Shown one piece after another: positions 1 to 19,308 of a DNA stretch of 64,000 nucleotides. Source of the DNA: the human T2T-CHM13v2.0 reference genome, Homo sapiens; assembly GCF_009914755.1 (NCBI RefSeq), contig NC_060927.1; one strand, 5' to 3'. Each line of letters opens with the position of its first letter. The stretch's first letter is position 1. Below the pieces are notes generated by a model. The model made no database searches and was not told where the DNA came from. It saw only the letters and a list, made by a program, of their open reading frames with translations. Both the position numbers and the translations under genes were made by a program.

Positions 1-3000
1 CAGTCATGCCTCTAAAGCACCCATCGCACCCCATTTAAATGTCTATTCACTCATCTGTTTTCCTCATTAGACTGTAAATTTCTAAAAGAAGCTGCCTTCT
101 CCACTCACAGTGCCTGGTATGCAATAAATGTTCATTGAACTGAACTGAATTTTATTCATTAAGTGCCTCAATTTCTGCTTTATACTATCTGTAACATTTT
201 CTGTTAGTTTCTAATATAGGCACAAGTGGGGAATTTATAGTAAATAATAATTTGTATGCTCAATTTAACAGGAAAATGGAAAGGAGCTTTTACTAAAGTG
301 TTCTCCAGGTCAGCAGTGCATGGTGCCAAGTACATACTTTCACCATGTTATTTAATATGTAATATAGCCATGCATGTTAAGCAGTGGCTATAGTCTGTTT
401 TCACAGAGAAGGAAACTACAGCTTAGAGGGGATAGTAAACCCTTCCAGGATTTTCTAGCTGGAAAGGATGGGTTCATATTGAAATATAGGTTTTACATGT
501 ATACACTAGTGCTTCTCAGGTAAGAAAGAGAAGAACACAGAAATTGAGCAAAAAGAAAAGGCAATACAAAGAATAAATAAAAGAAAATTTTCTAAGTTCT
601 CCTCCAGTCTCACAACTTCCTCTTTTCTCCACATCCCTCAGCAGAATATGTGACTCTGGGTAATGAGGTCACTCTAAGACCATGGCTGTTGCTTAGAACA
701 CAGCGGTAAAGGAGAGTTATGGTTAGCAGTTCCATAAGGTTAGGCACTAATTAGATTCATTTATCTAGACATCTGTCCACTAAACCCTTGCAACCTATCT
801 CACAAACACATGGACCAGGAAAACGTGTGGAAGCTCAGGTTAAATCCATCACCATCCTTACAAATACAACTGGAAGTACTAACCTTCCTAATGGTGCTTC
901 CACATTTTGGTATTTGAAAGATACTATAAAGAGGTACAAGGCTCAGCTCTGCGAATGGAATGCAAAATAGAATGCCTAACTAGAAAAGTGAGGCCAGATA
1001 AGTGTGAGGGTTATTTCTTGTGTTCATCCCAGAGGATGAGAACACCTCTCCTCCAGGAAATGAGTGAGGACAAACTGCCTCTCACACGACACCCACATAT
1101 ATTCTAGGTTTAGGGACACTGGGAACAAATGGTGGACATTGAGAACTATGAGGTGGTATGAATCAGGGCTTCAAGCTCAGGAGTAAGGACTAAACCAAGT
1201 CCAAAGCCTGACACTTCTAGAAGTCCTGCCTAGTAGTGTGGAGCCATAAAAACAAGCCTGGCCTAGTCAGTGGAGGTAATCTAGTACCAATAAAAATTGC
1301 TTCTGCTGCTAAACAATGTTTGGAGCTCATCACTCAGAGAGTTAAAAGGGCTACGATTCAGGGACACCAGGCAAAGAGCCCAACATCAGCAGCCTTGAAA
1401 AAGACAAGGAAGAAAAAATGTAGCAGCAATTCACTAGGCATGTGACTTGAGATTTGGCAGGCTGCCTTGGCAGGGCTGGACAGTCTGTGGGCAGAAAATT
1501 CACATATTTTTTTCCTGCAGCCAGAAGCCAAGAAGGCACAGACAGACGAATACCAACTCAGATCCTTCAACAAGCTAATAATCAATAAGACCTTCCTAAG
1601 GAGAACAATGAATGAATAACCACAACTTTCATCTGTTTTACACATGCATATGACTGATCACCATTACTCCAACTGGGCTTTATTACTTTTACAACCTTAA
1701 ACAGTTCTGTAATATATTAATTGGATATCAATATGCAACCAATCCAAGTTTTCTCACCTGATAGGCAGACTGCTAAACAAAGGTCTGAAGCAAAAGCAAG
1801 GGACAGAGTTCAGCTCAAGTCAACCAACGTTAATAGGGCATGAATTAAGACACTGGGCCAAGAGCAGCTAATACAAAGATGAATAAGGTATCTTTGAGGA
1901 AAGTACAGTATACTGTAGGAGGAAAAAAAGCAAAGAGAATGTCAATATAATATCCTAATTGCTGGCACAGTATGTACATGATAGTGTATGAAGATCACTA
2001 GCCAGGGTTAAAAGACCACAAGCAAAGCAAGCAAATGTCAATTAACCCCTGTGAGGACTAAAAGGAAGAGTTAAAAAGCTACCCTAGAGATAATTCAGTC
2101 TGGAATTCAAATGAGGACACATGTTAAAAAGGGAGTATGACCTGCCCAGAGTCATACAGTTAGTTGCAAAACCTAGGCTGGAACTCAGGTTTCCAGCGCT
2201 TTCCACCATAGCAGAACACTTTTCCAAAATCACAGGAAATTGGGCAAGTTGCAGCCTTCCGAAGCTGGGAATATGACTTTCAAAACTGCAGATTCTAAAG
2301 ACATATTGATTAACGATCTTTGATTAATGATCTGTGAATGAGGATGGGGGAAGTGCATGGCAGCTGGCTGTCCTCGGGGTGGGAAACTTGGAGGACAGAA
2401 TGGCATCTGCATGTGGTTTGTCAGTAAAAACAAAAAGCTTAAAAAAGCATTGCATTTGTAACTCAAAGCAACTATTTGCTTAAAAAAAAACTTGCTTCAA
2501 TGGCACTACGAGTTCTATTCTCCTCTCCTACAGCAAAGAACTGTTTTATCACTTGTGCTAATAATATGGAAATGTCTCCTTCCTGAACTGTGAGGTTTCT
2601 CAGAGATCAGCAAAACTGAAGCACGTTACAACATTAATATCTCTACTTCAGACTGAGTTAGAAAGCTCTTTCTCCAGTAGACTTTCACTATGACATCATG
2701 AAGTTCTAAGTCCCATATAAACTAAAAGAAAACCCTACCCAAAGAAATGCAGGCCAGTTGTGATTATAGGGTAATAAGACCAATGCTACCCTTAATTCAT
2801 TCAACAAACATTTACTGATTAACCCTGTGTCATGAACTATTTTAACTAAGATTTTGAGAGGAGGGAACAAAAGATGGGAAGACAAAACACAAGATCAATC
2901 AGACACAACCCTTGTCTAGTGAGGAAAGCAAGAGCAAATACACAAGCAAAGGACTGTAAAATTGTTTGATAAATGTTACAAAGCAATGCTACCCAAAATG

Positions 3001-3088
3001 TGGCCCTGGACCAGTGCAGACCTGTGAATTGTTGGTTGTTGATCCACAAGAAGATGGCTAAATACACACGTTAAGAGTAAATATATAG

Positions 3089-3398
<310 letters not shown>

Positions 3399-3559
3399 CC
3401 TTTATAGCATTTTAATAGTAATTTTAGGTCTGTTGAAGCTAACAATTTTTTAAATGAGGCTATCTTATGTTTTTTACACTTCATTTTTCTAGTATTTCAT
3501 TTTTATTACATTTTACAAAATCATCAGCCCAAAAATAGTTTAAGGAGCAATGAATAGAG

Positions 3560-4300
3560 TGACATAACAGAAGTACTATTTTCTATACTATACTATACAA
3601 ACACAGATGAAAAGAAATGGCCTTTCGGATTTAAGAGAGGCTCTAAAGGGGAGATAACTTTTTAGCAGCAAAGGATAAGCAGGGGTTTTCCAGACATATT
3701 AAGGAGAAGTATCAGGCAGAGGAAGAGCATCTGCAAAGGCTCGGGGTCATACTAGTGGATGGTATTTTTATAAAAATAAACTTTGAGGCACAGTAATAAA
3801 CAGTAAAAGTGCAGAAAGTTAGGTTACAAAGAGATTCACAGAGACTGGCATGATTTTACAGTTCAGGCTTTGGACTCTCCCCCAAAATGCAATAGGGAAC
3901 CACTGAAGAGTTTTATAAGCAAAAGAAGGATATATTTATGTTTTCATTGTTCTGACAGCAGTGTGGTAGACAGATTTGAAAGGGAGAGAGAATAGAGGGA
4001 GGGATACAGACCAGTTGTGAACATACTGAAATAACCTAGATGTGAAGTGAAGAGAACCTGCATTATATCAAGGAAAACAGGCAAGAAAGAATGGCTTAGA
4101 GAAATGTTTTGAAAGTATGGATGCATAATGTGCCTTACTTAAGATGGGTCAGAATCTGTAATTAGATTCTGTTCACTCAATTCAATTAAGTGTCCTGATG
4201 TTATGAAGGGGAGATCAGTAAACATAAAGATGCTAAGTAAGTTAACTGAGAGATAGGAGATAGACCTGGGAATGAAATACAAAATTCTAGAAAAATCTTG
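3560..4300 (-). mobile_element. Degraded L2 fragment
   Basis: Purine-rich L2-like motifs (AAGAGCATCTGCAAAGGC, AATAGGGAACCACTGAAGAGTTTTATAAGC). Boundaries approximate. Confidence 0.55.
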
Positions 4301-6459
4301 GGTTTTAATAATCTTACATAGATTCACATATATATAAATGGAGAAGAAAAATGGATAAAGAGTTATAGCCAACACATTTATTTTCCACATTTTATGTACA
4401 GAGCAGTATTGTAGACACTATGGAAAATCCAAAGGGAAACAATATAGTCCCTTTCACTGTTTCTAACCCCTGGGCAACTTGAGGGTCTCCACCTAGAAGT
4501 TAGTTCTGGACAACAGAAACCTGAAGTATTTCAATAGATTTCAAACCAAGACTCATTTTTTTCAACCCAGAGAAATCCTGTGGGTTCAGGGAATCTCTAA
4601 AGGGCAAGGGTATGTATATATGTGTAGGTAGGAAGGGAGAGTTCCTTGATTGGAAGAAATGAATATTTCCTGAAATGTTCCCAAGGAAAATACAAGTCCC
4701 TTGAATGAAATCCGTTGAATCAACCAGCTCCTCTGGAATTACCTAGTCTCTAAGGAATGCACAGCCCTCTCAAATCCAATATAAATTCCACAGAGATCCA
4801 GAGAATTGCATCTCCTAAAAATACAGGTCACAGGCTTAGGGAGCCCATAAAACTCACTTAGAAAGGACCAGAGTGGAAGCACTGGGCAAACATACACCAT
4901 TCTTCTGGGAGTATTTTTTAAAATGCAACAGAAAATTAGACGGAGTCAGAAACAATTCAATTATTGTTCCATCACAGATATTCTGTATCCCCACTAACCA
5001 TAACACATACAGGGAACACCACTTATCATAACACTATTGTTGTGGGCAGGCCCAATATCTATGTTATGGTGGTCTGACCGTGTCTTATGAGGCTCTCATA
5101 AGTGCCTACTATATTTCAGGGCACATGATTTTACCAAAGTATGTAACAGGCTTAGTTTTATAACAACATCTACTGTATTCTAGTCATGAACTGGGATAAA
5201 TAAGCCTTTTTGTACTCCACAGCTGCATCTATTCAAGTGAAATACCACAATTAACCTGTGAATTTAATCTAAATATTCAACAAGTATACAAAATTAAATA
5301 TTAAAAAGTTTAATTTCCCTAAAGAGTAATAAGCTTTTAACATAAAATCATCAACTGCCACTTAATTTTCTTTCATAAAAACATTATTAGCCTCTGCCTT
5401 TGTAAAATGACAATGGATATAAGATAAATGCTCACGTATAAGAGAACAGAACATAAAATTATCTCCTAAGAGCATTAACTACCATTTTTTTAATTTAGAA
5501 AATGAACAAATTCTCAATCAGTGCCTACCATCTGCAAGACACTATTGGGAATCAATGGAAAACAAAAAGATCTAATTATCCACAAGGTCTGGAAAAGATA
5601 GAGAACAGAATCACTTAATACCACCAGTGTATGGAGGTAAGCAAGGAGAAGCTCTCCATTCAGTCTCCAAGATCCTCTGCTAGTCCCGTACAATGCACCA
5701 GCATGGAAAGTGATGAATAAGCTTCATTGATAATAGTGACTACGTCACAGCTGGCTGAACATTCAGTCCACAAACAGAAGGCTTCTGTATTTGCTCGAAT
5801 CAACCATAGGAAAGTTTTAGCAAAAAGACTGTTATATTCAAATGGAAATCAGTACTTTCCAGCAAGAATAGACAATTAGTAATTCCTTTAACTGGCACTG
5901 AAAGGAAGAAAAGAGAAATGTACCAAAAATTATCACAAACAACCTATATTCCAAAATATGAAACAAATAAGAAAGATGACTATTGTTAACATTTTGAAAA
6001 ACTCACGTAGCAGACATAAGGTAAGTCTGGATGTTATGAGTCTCCCAGTTATCAACTTATACTGATAAATTTTATCCAACTACTCTCCCTTTGTAAATTT
6101 CTTATTACATAAAGTTTAAACTGTAGTCCAAGATTTCAGCACATAGTTAATTTAGATGGCGTTCTTTAAACATTTAGCAAAAAGTGCAAAGTCTGTTTAT
6201 ACAACATTTGAATCTACATTTTAAAAGTGTTTATTCACCAGATTAACAGATTCTTGCAAATATCTCTTCAAGACTAGCAGGGCACATAATCACCAACCTC
6301 ACTCCAATCCCCAAGCACACACACAATTATGGCCTATCTGACTTATGGATCTGGTTTTATGAATCTGATCCTGCGACTATAGAAGTTTGCAGGCCCTTAA
6401 TTAAGTTACAATTATTCCATGGCTACCTTGGTGTTGAAAAACACAAATGTCAAGGAAAT

Positions 6460-7785
6460 AGGCAAAAGAAATTTCACTGGAGTTAAAGCACTTATTTCCT
6501 AGATATAATGTCAAAAGCACAAGTGATAAAAGAAAAAAATTGAGGTTCAACTTTATGAAAATTAAGAATTTTGGTGTTCCAAATGTGACACTACCGAAAA
6601 AGTGAAAAGAGAGCCAACAGAATGGAAGTCATACACAAGGGATTTGTATCCAGCATAAATAATCTTAAAATTCAGCAACAAAAATACAAATAAAGGTCAG
6701 GTGCATCACATCTAGAATACCAGCACCTTGGGAGGCCAAGGCAGGAGAATTGCTTGAAGCCAAGAGTTCAAGACCAGCCTAGGGAAAATAGCAAGACCCT
6801 GTCTCTACAAAAAATTTAAAAATTAGCTGGGCATGGTGGCACATACCTGTAGTCCCAGCTACTCACAGTAGGCTGATGTGGGAGGATCATTTGAGCCCAA
6901 GAGTTCAAGGATGCAGTGAGCTTTGATGGTGCCACTGCACTCCAGCCTGGGCAACAGAGCAAGATCCCAATGAAGTAAGTAAATAAGTAAGTAAATAAAT
7001 AGGCAAAGACATGAAATGATGTCCAGTATCATTAATCATTATAAAAATGCAAAACTACAAGATACTATTTCAAATCCATTAGAATGGCTACAATTAAAAG
7101 ACAATAACAAGTGTTAACAAGGATATGGAGAAACTGGAGCTTTCAGACAATTCTGTGGAGAATGTAAAAGAGTGCAGTCACTTTGGAAAACAGTTTGGCG
7201 ATTAAACAGAGTTGCCAATTCTGTAATTACTAAGCAATTCCACCTTTAGTTATATATGCAAGATAAATAAAAACATATCACATAAAAACTTTTACCTATA
7301 TTTATAGAATATGTGTTCACAGCATGATAGCCAAAAAGTAGCAACAACCCAAATGTCCATCAACTGATGAATGAAAAAATAAAAAGTTATATATCCATAC
7401 ATGTAATATTATTCAGCAATAAAAAGCAATAAAGTAGTGATAAACGCTAAAACATGGATGAACCTTGAAAACATTATATAAAGTGAAAGAAGCCAGTCAC
7501 AAAAGACCACATGTGGCATGACTACATTGATAAGAAATGTTCAGAAAAGGCAAGTCTATATAGATAGAAACTAGATTAGAGGTTTCCAAGGACTGAGAGA
7601 GGGTGCAAGGGTGTGGGAAGTGAATACTAATGGGTACAAGTTTTCTTTCTGGAGAGTGATGGAAATGTTCTCAAATTAGATAATGGTACTCGCTGCATAA
7701 ATTTTTTAAACATACTGCAAACAATCAAATTGTACACTGTACATTGGTAAATGTTGTGGTATATGAATTATATGTCAATAAAATA
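6460..7785 (+). mobile_element. Old L1M (L1MB-like) 3' fragment interrupted by an AluJ
   Basis: ORF2 3'-end and 3' UTR motifs (CAACCCAAATGTCCATCAACTGATGAATG, CATGGATGAACCTTGAAAACATTAT), ending in AATAAA. Confidence 0.8.
6695..7000 (+). mobile_element. AluJ
   Basis: Diverged dimer with J-type GGAGGATCATTTGAGCCC and a (TAAG/TAAA)n tail. Confidence 0.88.
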
Positions 7786-8050
7786 GTTTTGCATTGTGCC
7801 AAACTGCAAACCTTTTCACACTTCTGAAAGCAGTCCCTCAAGCTACCTGATATCTGATGGGGAAAGGCACATATGAAGTAGAGCAATTATTCTCCTATCA
7901 ACCTGTGTCTATATCTCAAGCATTAATCTAGAGTTGGGCTGGCTCTGGGGGCACCAGAGAACTCAATGTATACATCCTAAACATTATGAATTCCTAAGAA
8001 TTACCGAAGCCTAGCAGCACCTACTGCCAATTTTGGTTCCATTTACTTCA

Positions 8051-8418
<368 letters not shown>

Positions 8419-9387
8419 AATAGTGGGCCTAATACCCAAGGAGTTCACTGCTTGTTAAGTCTAAGACAGATACATATGCCCATGGTTCCAGTTCAGTATA
8501 CCATGTGCAAACTACAGGAATAAGCATGGCGGCAGAGAAATATTACAGAGAAGGGAGTAGTTAATTTTATCTCAGTATGACCCACACAGGTTTCACAGGA
8601 GTAAGAATACCTGAGCAGGGCTTTAAAGGATTGGTAGACAGGAGAGGAATGGTACAGGGAAGAACGTGGAGGAAGGAAAGCAGGCCACAGTCAAGGCAAT
8701 GAAAAGGGGTTATGTAATAGAAAAGCGGCTTGAAGGGCTGAAAGAAATTTGGAAACAAAATTAAGCGTCATGCAAAAAATGTCAGAAGATGAGTTTGGGG
8801 AATTAAGCTAGACTATGCATATGCTACAAATTTCAAACCTTCTCCTAAGGCAACAGTGAGGCTTTGAAGGGTTTTAAGCAGGTGAATGAAATTATCAGAT
8901 TTATTTTAGAAATATCACCCTAGCCAATCATTTGCAGAATGACGATTCACTAGAACAAGGGTTCTCCAGGTTTTATTCACCTAAGTAATCACTTTTCATG
9001 TGCTTTCAAATGCAATGTTACATAGTAACCCGAGACGAAAGAAAGCAAAAAGCAAATCACTTCTGGTTGAAACACTGGAAGGCCTGGAGCCCTGTACAGG
9101 CAATGATCACCGTTTAGCCCCCACAACTGAAGAACCCTGACAGCTCAGCAGAAGATGGTGTGGAAATTTTTGAACTAAAGAGAGGTATTAATAATAACGG
9201 AAGACTGGAGATTAATTAAGAAGCTAGTTTAATAGTCCAGGATAAAATGATCAGTACCTAAAACAACAAAGAAGAAAAGAGAGTCCAGAAAGCTCCAAAC
9301 AAAAACAACTGACAGAATTTCAAGACTGACTAGATGTAGCATAAGAATGAAGACAGAATCAAGGATGACTTCCGGGCTTATGGTTTG

Positions 9388-9828
9388 CTTGTTTATTTAT
9401 TTATTTATTTATTTTTGAGACAGAGTCTCGCTCTGTTGCCCAAGCTGGAGTGCAATGGCATGATCTCAGCTCACTGAAACCTCCACCTCCTGGGTTCAAG
9501 CGATTCTCCTGCCTCAGCCTCCTGAGTAGCTGGGACTACAGGTGCCCGCCACCACGCCCCGCTAATTTTTTTTTATTTTTAGTAGACAGGGTTTCACTGT
9601 GTTAGCCAGGATGGTCTCGATCTGACCTCGTGATCCGCCCGCCTCGGCCTCCCAAAGCGCTGGGATGACAGGCGTGAGCCACTGCACCTGGCTAATTTTT
9701 TGTATTTTTAGTAGAGACAGAGTTTCACCATATTAGCCAAGCTGCTCTCAAACTCCTGATCTCAGGTAATCCACCTGCCTCAGCCTCCCAAAGTGCTGGG
9801 ATTACAGGCGTGAGCCACCATGCATGGA
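9388..9828 (-). mobile_element. Three-monomer Alu (two left arms plus one right arm)
   Basis: Right arm 9415-9560, left arm ~9570-9692, second left arm ~9693-9828, (TTTA)n tail, flanking repeat TTATGGTTT. Confidence 0.88.
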
Positions 9829-9879
9829 CAGCAAGCAGGTTATGGTTTAGGTGAAGGGAAATGACTCAGTTGATAAAAT

Positions 9880-10644
<765 letters not shown>

Positions 10645-10827
10645 GAGAACATGTCTTGTTTTATTCATCTTGGGACACTCAGTGCCTAATACACTGTAGA
10701 CAATAAATATTTTTTAAAAGAACAAAAAAGAAAGGATCAGGCCTAGAGTAAGATGATGAGTTTTATTTCAGGATTCTTGGATTTGAGGTGTCTATGGGAT
10801 GTGCAAGGGGTGACCCTATGGCAACTG

Positions 10828-10993
10828 GTAGTAGGAGCCTGAATCCAAACTGACATTTGGCCTCACTATTTCAGGACTAAACAGTAATAGGATCCTGAAT
10901 CCAAACTGACATTTGGCCTCACTATTTCAGGGCTAAACAGTAGTAGAAGCCTGAATCCAAACTGACATTTGGCATCACTATTTCAGGACTAAA
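10828..10993. repeat. Minisatellite, 56-bp unit x3
   Basis: CCTGAATCCAAACTGACATTTGGC recurs at 10838, 10894 and 10950. Confidence 0.93.
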
Positions 10994-12509
10994 TAAGTAG
11001 AGTTATCTACGGTAAACAGGACTAAGACTATTTTAGATAATCATAAACTAAGTTAACAAAGCTTGAAGCAAGCTCAGCTTCTTAGAAAGATTAAAGTGTC
11101 TCTCTAATCTGGAATTCTGCAGCACTGGGTCAGGTCTAGGTCAGCATTTCAAGGACCACAGAAACCAGTGACCTAGCACTAGATTTGTGGTGGAATCTTT
11201 ACAGAAGCCATTTGGCAGCAAAGCCTGTGATTTGCTCACTTTCTTCAAACTATTTTCACAACACCTCTGCTGCCCACCCCCAGCCACACCACCCCCCTCC
11301 CCCGGCTCCCTGATGTCCTCACCAATTTCCAAATGACTTCTCTATTAGTTAATCATGAATCTTACCTGACTCTCAGACAGCACATCTAGGGTGGTGCCTA
11401 GAAGCCTGTATTCTGACAACTATACCAGGCAATTGCTCAGTCTGGGTAAAATTAACAGTTTAGAGAACATATGCAAAAGTTACCTTCATTCCTCTCTTCT
11501 ACTGACCCTAGATAGCTGTCTTAGGACGTTACTGTTATGAGGACTTTCAAACAATAATAAAATTGTAATTTATTGCAGATTTCCTACAGTACTACACAAA
11601 AATATTTAATATAATGTACTGTTCATGGCAAATGCTAAGAACTTCCAGGTTTCTAATAAGTAACCATTACTTTTCCAAAGACACATGTAAGAGACACTGA
11701 TTATAATATCCAATATCCCTTTTCCTCCTTAATTTCTGCCAACATCAGTGTTTAACTACTGTATACAAACCCTTCAAGTTTAGTAAGCTGGTAATGGCGC
11801 TTCTATTTTGATTTTTAAGTCAATATATAAAATAATAATATATTTTCTTTTAAAACAGAGCTTCTGAGAACCTCTGCCTACATATCCAGGGAATGTGTAC
11901 AACAGTAAGTGTCAGATGAGTTGGCTTATGACCTAATTGTTTGGTTTATTATTCAGGTGATCAGAGGTGACAGCCTGGTAACTTTGTCAATCCTAAGGTT
12001 TTACACTGATTTACACTTGGTTTTAAATCAATTGTTTTATATCTATAAAGGACTACTGGTTAAATACAAGAAATATTAGAATTGTTGAAGTCAATAAGGA
12101 ACATAAATGTTAAATCCTGAAACTTCAACTCAAGATGACTTTTACCAGCTCTGTATATTGCATTATCTGATCAAATTTCTTAAGACTTAAAAATGTCTCC
12201 AATACTTCAAAATCCATTGGGGGGGAAAAAAAAGAAAAAATGAAAACGCAGCAAACATAACATCAAACTGACTTCTTTCATTTATGGTGAATAAGTATTA
12301 TCTGCACCCACAAAGTATTATTTGCAAAAAAAAAAAAAGTTTGCAAATAGCAATTTCAAATATGTCATATTTTACTGTATTTTAAAAGAAAGCCCCAAAA
12401 CTATTTTTTATAAATAAGGAGAAAATACAAGACTTTCAACTGCTGGGTGACAGACTAAGGTTTTTATTTATTTTTGATGCCTCAATATAACCTTAAATTT
12501 CAATTTGCC

Positions 12510-13020
12510 CTTTAATCTACGCTCATTCCCAAAAGCATGTGATTTTAAAAGTTGACAAATGGTATCTATTTTATGCGGTTAAATTAAGCAACCTTTACAT
12601 TGTAAAACAGTATGTACAAAGTTATTCATTTTGGCATTGTTTATAATAGTAAAACAGTGGAAACCATCTAAGTATTCATCAATACAGGGTGCAAGTTATG
12701 TTACATCCATACAATGAAATGTTATGAAAAAATTTTTTAATAATAAGGAAATGGGTATAACTGTGCTACTACTTGTGTAGGAAATGGGGGTGCACTGGGG
12801 AATATGTAAATATATTAGACTGTATATGGGTAATATAACTCTAGAATTATACTTTAAAAAAAAAATCTGACAATACTAATGCCCTGTGGGGAAACAAATC
12901 GAGTGAATGGGGCCAGGATATGAGAAAAACTTACTAATAAATATCTTACTTTTTTTGAAATTTGAGCCATATAAATATATTAGCTAAGAAAGAAATGGTC
13001 AAAATAAATAACATTTTTAA
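12510..13020 (+). mobile_element. Old L1M (L1ME-like) 3' fragment
   Basis: GGCATTGTTTATAATAGTAAAACAGTGGAAACCATCTAAGTATTCATCAATA motif. Confidence 0.6.
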
Positions 13021-13831
13021 AAAGTGAACCATGTATAAGAGTACTTGAAAAGAAATGAATACTTTCGAAAACATATTGCTCAATGACTAGGTTATATATA
13101 ATTACACAGATAAAACCAATGTGGAAAGAAACTGCTATAATTATGTCTTCTCTTAAAACTTCTCACTATGTACTCCATTGAGTAATATGACATATAAAAT
13201 TCTAGAGTTAATTTCATCCCAAACCCTTCAGATGTTCCATCAATGGTTGAAACAGCAACAACAATGGGTTCCTTCACTCTTCAGGACTACAGGAAAAAGG
13301 CAGCAAACATAAGGTTCTTGACATATCCTTGTAAGTGACTGAGCAAAAAATTTTGAAAATATTCAATTTTTCTCATTGCACTGTATGTCACTTGTTAAAT
13401 GAAAAGTCAAAATGTCTCTTCATTCATAATGCTATATTAAATCATATATTAAAATAAACTTTATAACACTACTTAATAATACAATATCCATTTAAAATCC
13501 ATATCTTATTCACGTTATCTTTTATAGACCCAAAATGACAGAATGCTTTTTAAAAAATAATTCATAGAGCATTCTTCAGAAATAAGGTCTTGGGTCCAAA
13601 AAAGTTGAGAACAAAGCAAGATGACTAGAGTACCAGCAACCGACACCCAGAGTTGTCGGAAAACAAAAATCAACAATGTAAAACAAGATGAACAAAAATG
13701 GTTGGCTTCTCAATTAACCATCTAAATTCAAATAGATACTCCCACTATTCATCCCTCACTGAGTTCCTGACAGATTGGCTTTAAAAGCTCTTCCAAAGAT
13801 TCATTATTCTTTTTTTTTTTTTTTTTTTTTT

Positions 13832-15213
13832 GGTGGTGTAGTGCAACCCATTTATTGTAAAGATGAAGAAATGCCTGGTTGTCCTCCTACCTCTCTGGCT
13901 GCTCTTCTCAATCTCCTTTGCTGGATTCTACTCTTTTTCTACCATCTAGGCTCTTTAGGACTCTGTCCTTGGACCTCTCCTCTTTCCACACTCATATTAT
14001 TTGATGATTCTTTCTAATCTTATAGCTTTTAATTCCATCTGTGCACTCTTGATTCACAAACTTATACCTCCAGGCCAGATCTCCCTTTGGAACTCCAGTC
14101 ATATTTCCAACTGCCTAATTGACACCTTTCTGGGAAATCTAAGAGATTGCTCAGAGTTTGCACGCCTCAAATGAGACTCTGGGACTTCTGCAAAGTCTAT
14201 TCTATCGTATTTAATGGCAACTCTGTCCTTCCAGTTGCTAGGGCCCAAATATCTTAGTCATCCTTGACTATTCTTTTTTTTTTTTCGTATGGCATGCATC
14301 AGATCCACCAAGAAATCCTGTAGGTTCTCCCATCCAAATATATTTTGAATCAAACCACTTCTCTTTCATCATTATTAACCTGTGTCATACCATCATCATT
14401 TCTCATCTGAATTATTCCAGTAGTGTGTCCTCTTAATCAGGATGATAATTTTGAAGACTCAAAGGGAGAAGGGCATTAACAATTGCATTGAAACACATTG
14501 CCCAAAATTATTCTGGGCAAACAGGTCACTCTTAACTCATCTTCCTGTCCCCTTGAAGTTGAATCCTAATATATTAGCCAGAGTGCCTCTGTTCAAATCT
14601 AGCTTTAGATCATATCACTCGGTTGTAATCTCTTCAATGGCCCTTTGTTTCACCCAAAGTAAAAGCCAAAATCCTCACAAGGTTCTGTGCTGTCTGCTCT
14701 TTCATTGCCCAGCAACCATATTTTCTATAATATTCCTTGCCTATTCTGACTGTTTCTCCAGCAGTGTTTTTGCTGTTCTTCAATCATGCCAAGCATGCTT
14801 CCACCTCAGGACCTTTGTACTGGCTGTCTCTCTGTCTGAAATGTCCTTCCCCTAGATGTCTGCATGGCTGCATCCTTCAATTCGCCTATATCCTTCAATT
14901 GGCACTTAGTCATTGAAGCCTACCCTTGTCATGTTATGTTAAATTATAATAATCCCTTTCCTCTCCATATTTCTTTCTGTTTTAATTTTTTTCATAGTAC
15001 TTGCCGTCCTCTAATATTTTATATAATTTACTTACTTATATTTATTTTCTGTCTTTTGCCAATAGAATGTAAATTCCACATGGGCAGGGAACTTCTTTTT
15101 GCTTGGCTTCTAGTGTACTTCCTGAGCCCAGAACAGAACCTGGCACGCAGTGGTAACTCAAAAGATATTTGTTTTTTGCTTTAGTTTTTGTTTTTTTCTG
15201 GCCCCAGGTTTTC
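13832..15213 (-). other. 3'-transduced flank of the source L1 (mostly L2-derived sequence)
   Basis: Lies between two poly(A) tracts and inside the L1 TSD pair. Minus-strand AATAAA at 13851-13856, 19 nt before the distal poly(A). L2 3'-end-like motifs on the plus strand (e.g. TAGAATGTAAATTCCACATGGGCAGGGA, CCTGGCACGCAGTGG). Confidence 0.88.
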
Positions 15214-15433
15214 TTTTTTTTTTTTTTTATTATACTTTAAGTTTTAGGGTACATGTGCACATTGTGCAGGTTAGTTACATATGTATACATGTGCCATGCT
15301 GGTGCGCTGCACCCACTAACTCGTCATCTAGCATTAGGTATATCTCCCAATGCTATCCCTCCCCCCTCCCCCCACCCCACAACAGTCCCCAGAGTGTGAT
15401 ATTCCCCTTCCTGTGTCCATGTGATCTCACTGT

Positions 15434-19245
<3,812 letters not shown>

Positions 19246-19308
19246 TATGATGTTAGCTGGTGATTTTGCTCGTTAGTTGATGCAGTTTCTTCCTAGTCTC
19301 GATGGTCT

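Noticed and set aside
10828-10993. CRISPR-like array
   Set aside because: Units are contiguous with no unique spacers, there are no cas genes, and the DNA is primate.
13832-15213. Processed pseudogene, suggested by the poly(A) and AATAAA
   Set aside because: No recognisable mRNA or protein homology. The content is L2-like and shares its TSD pair with the L1, so transduction explains it better.
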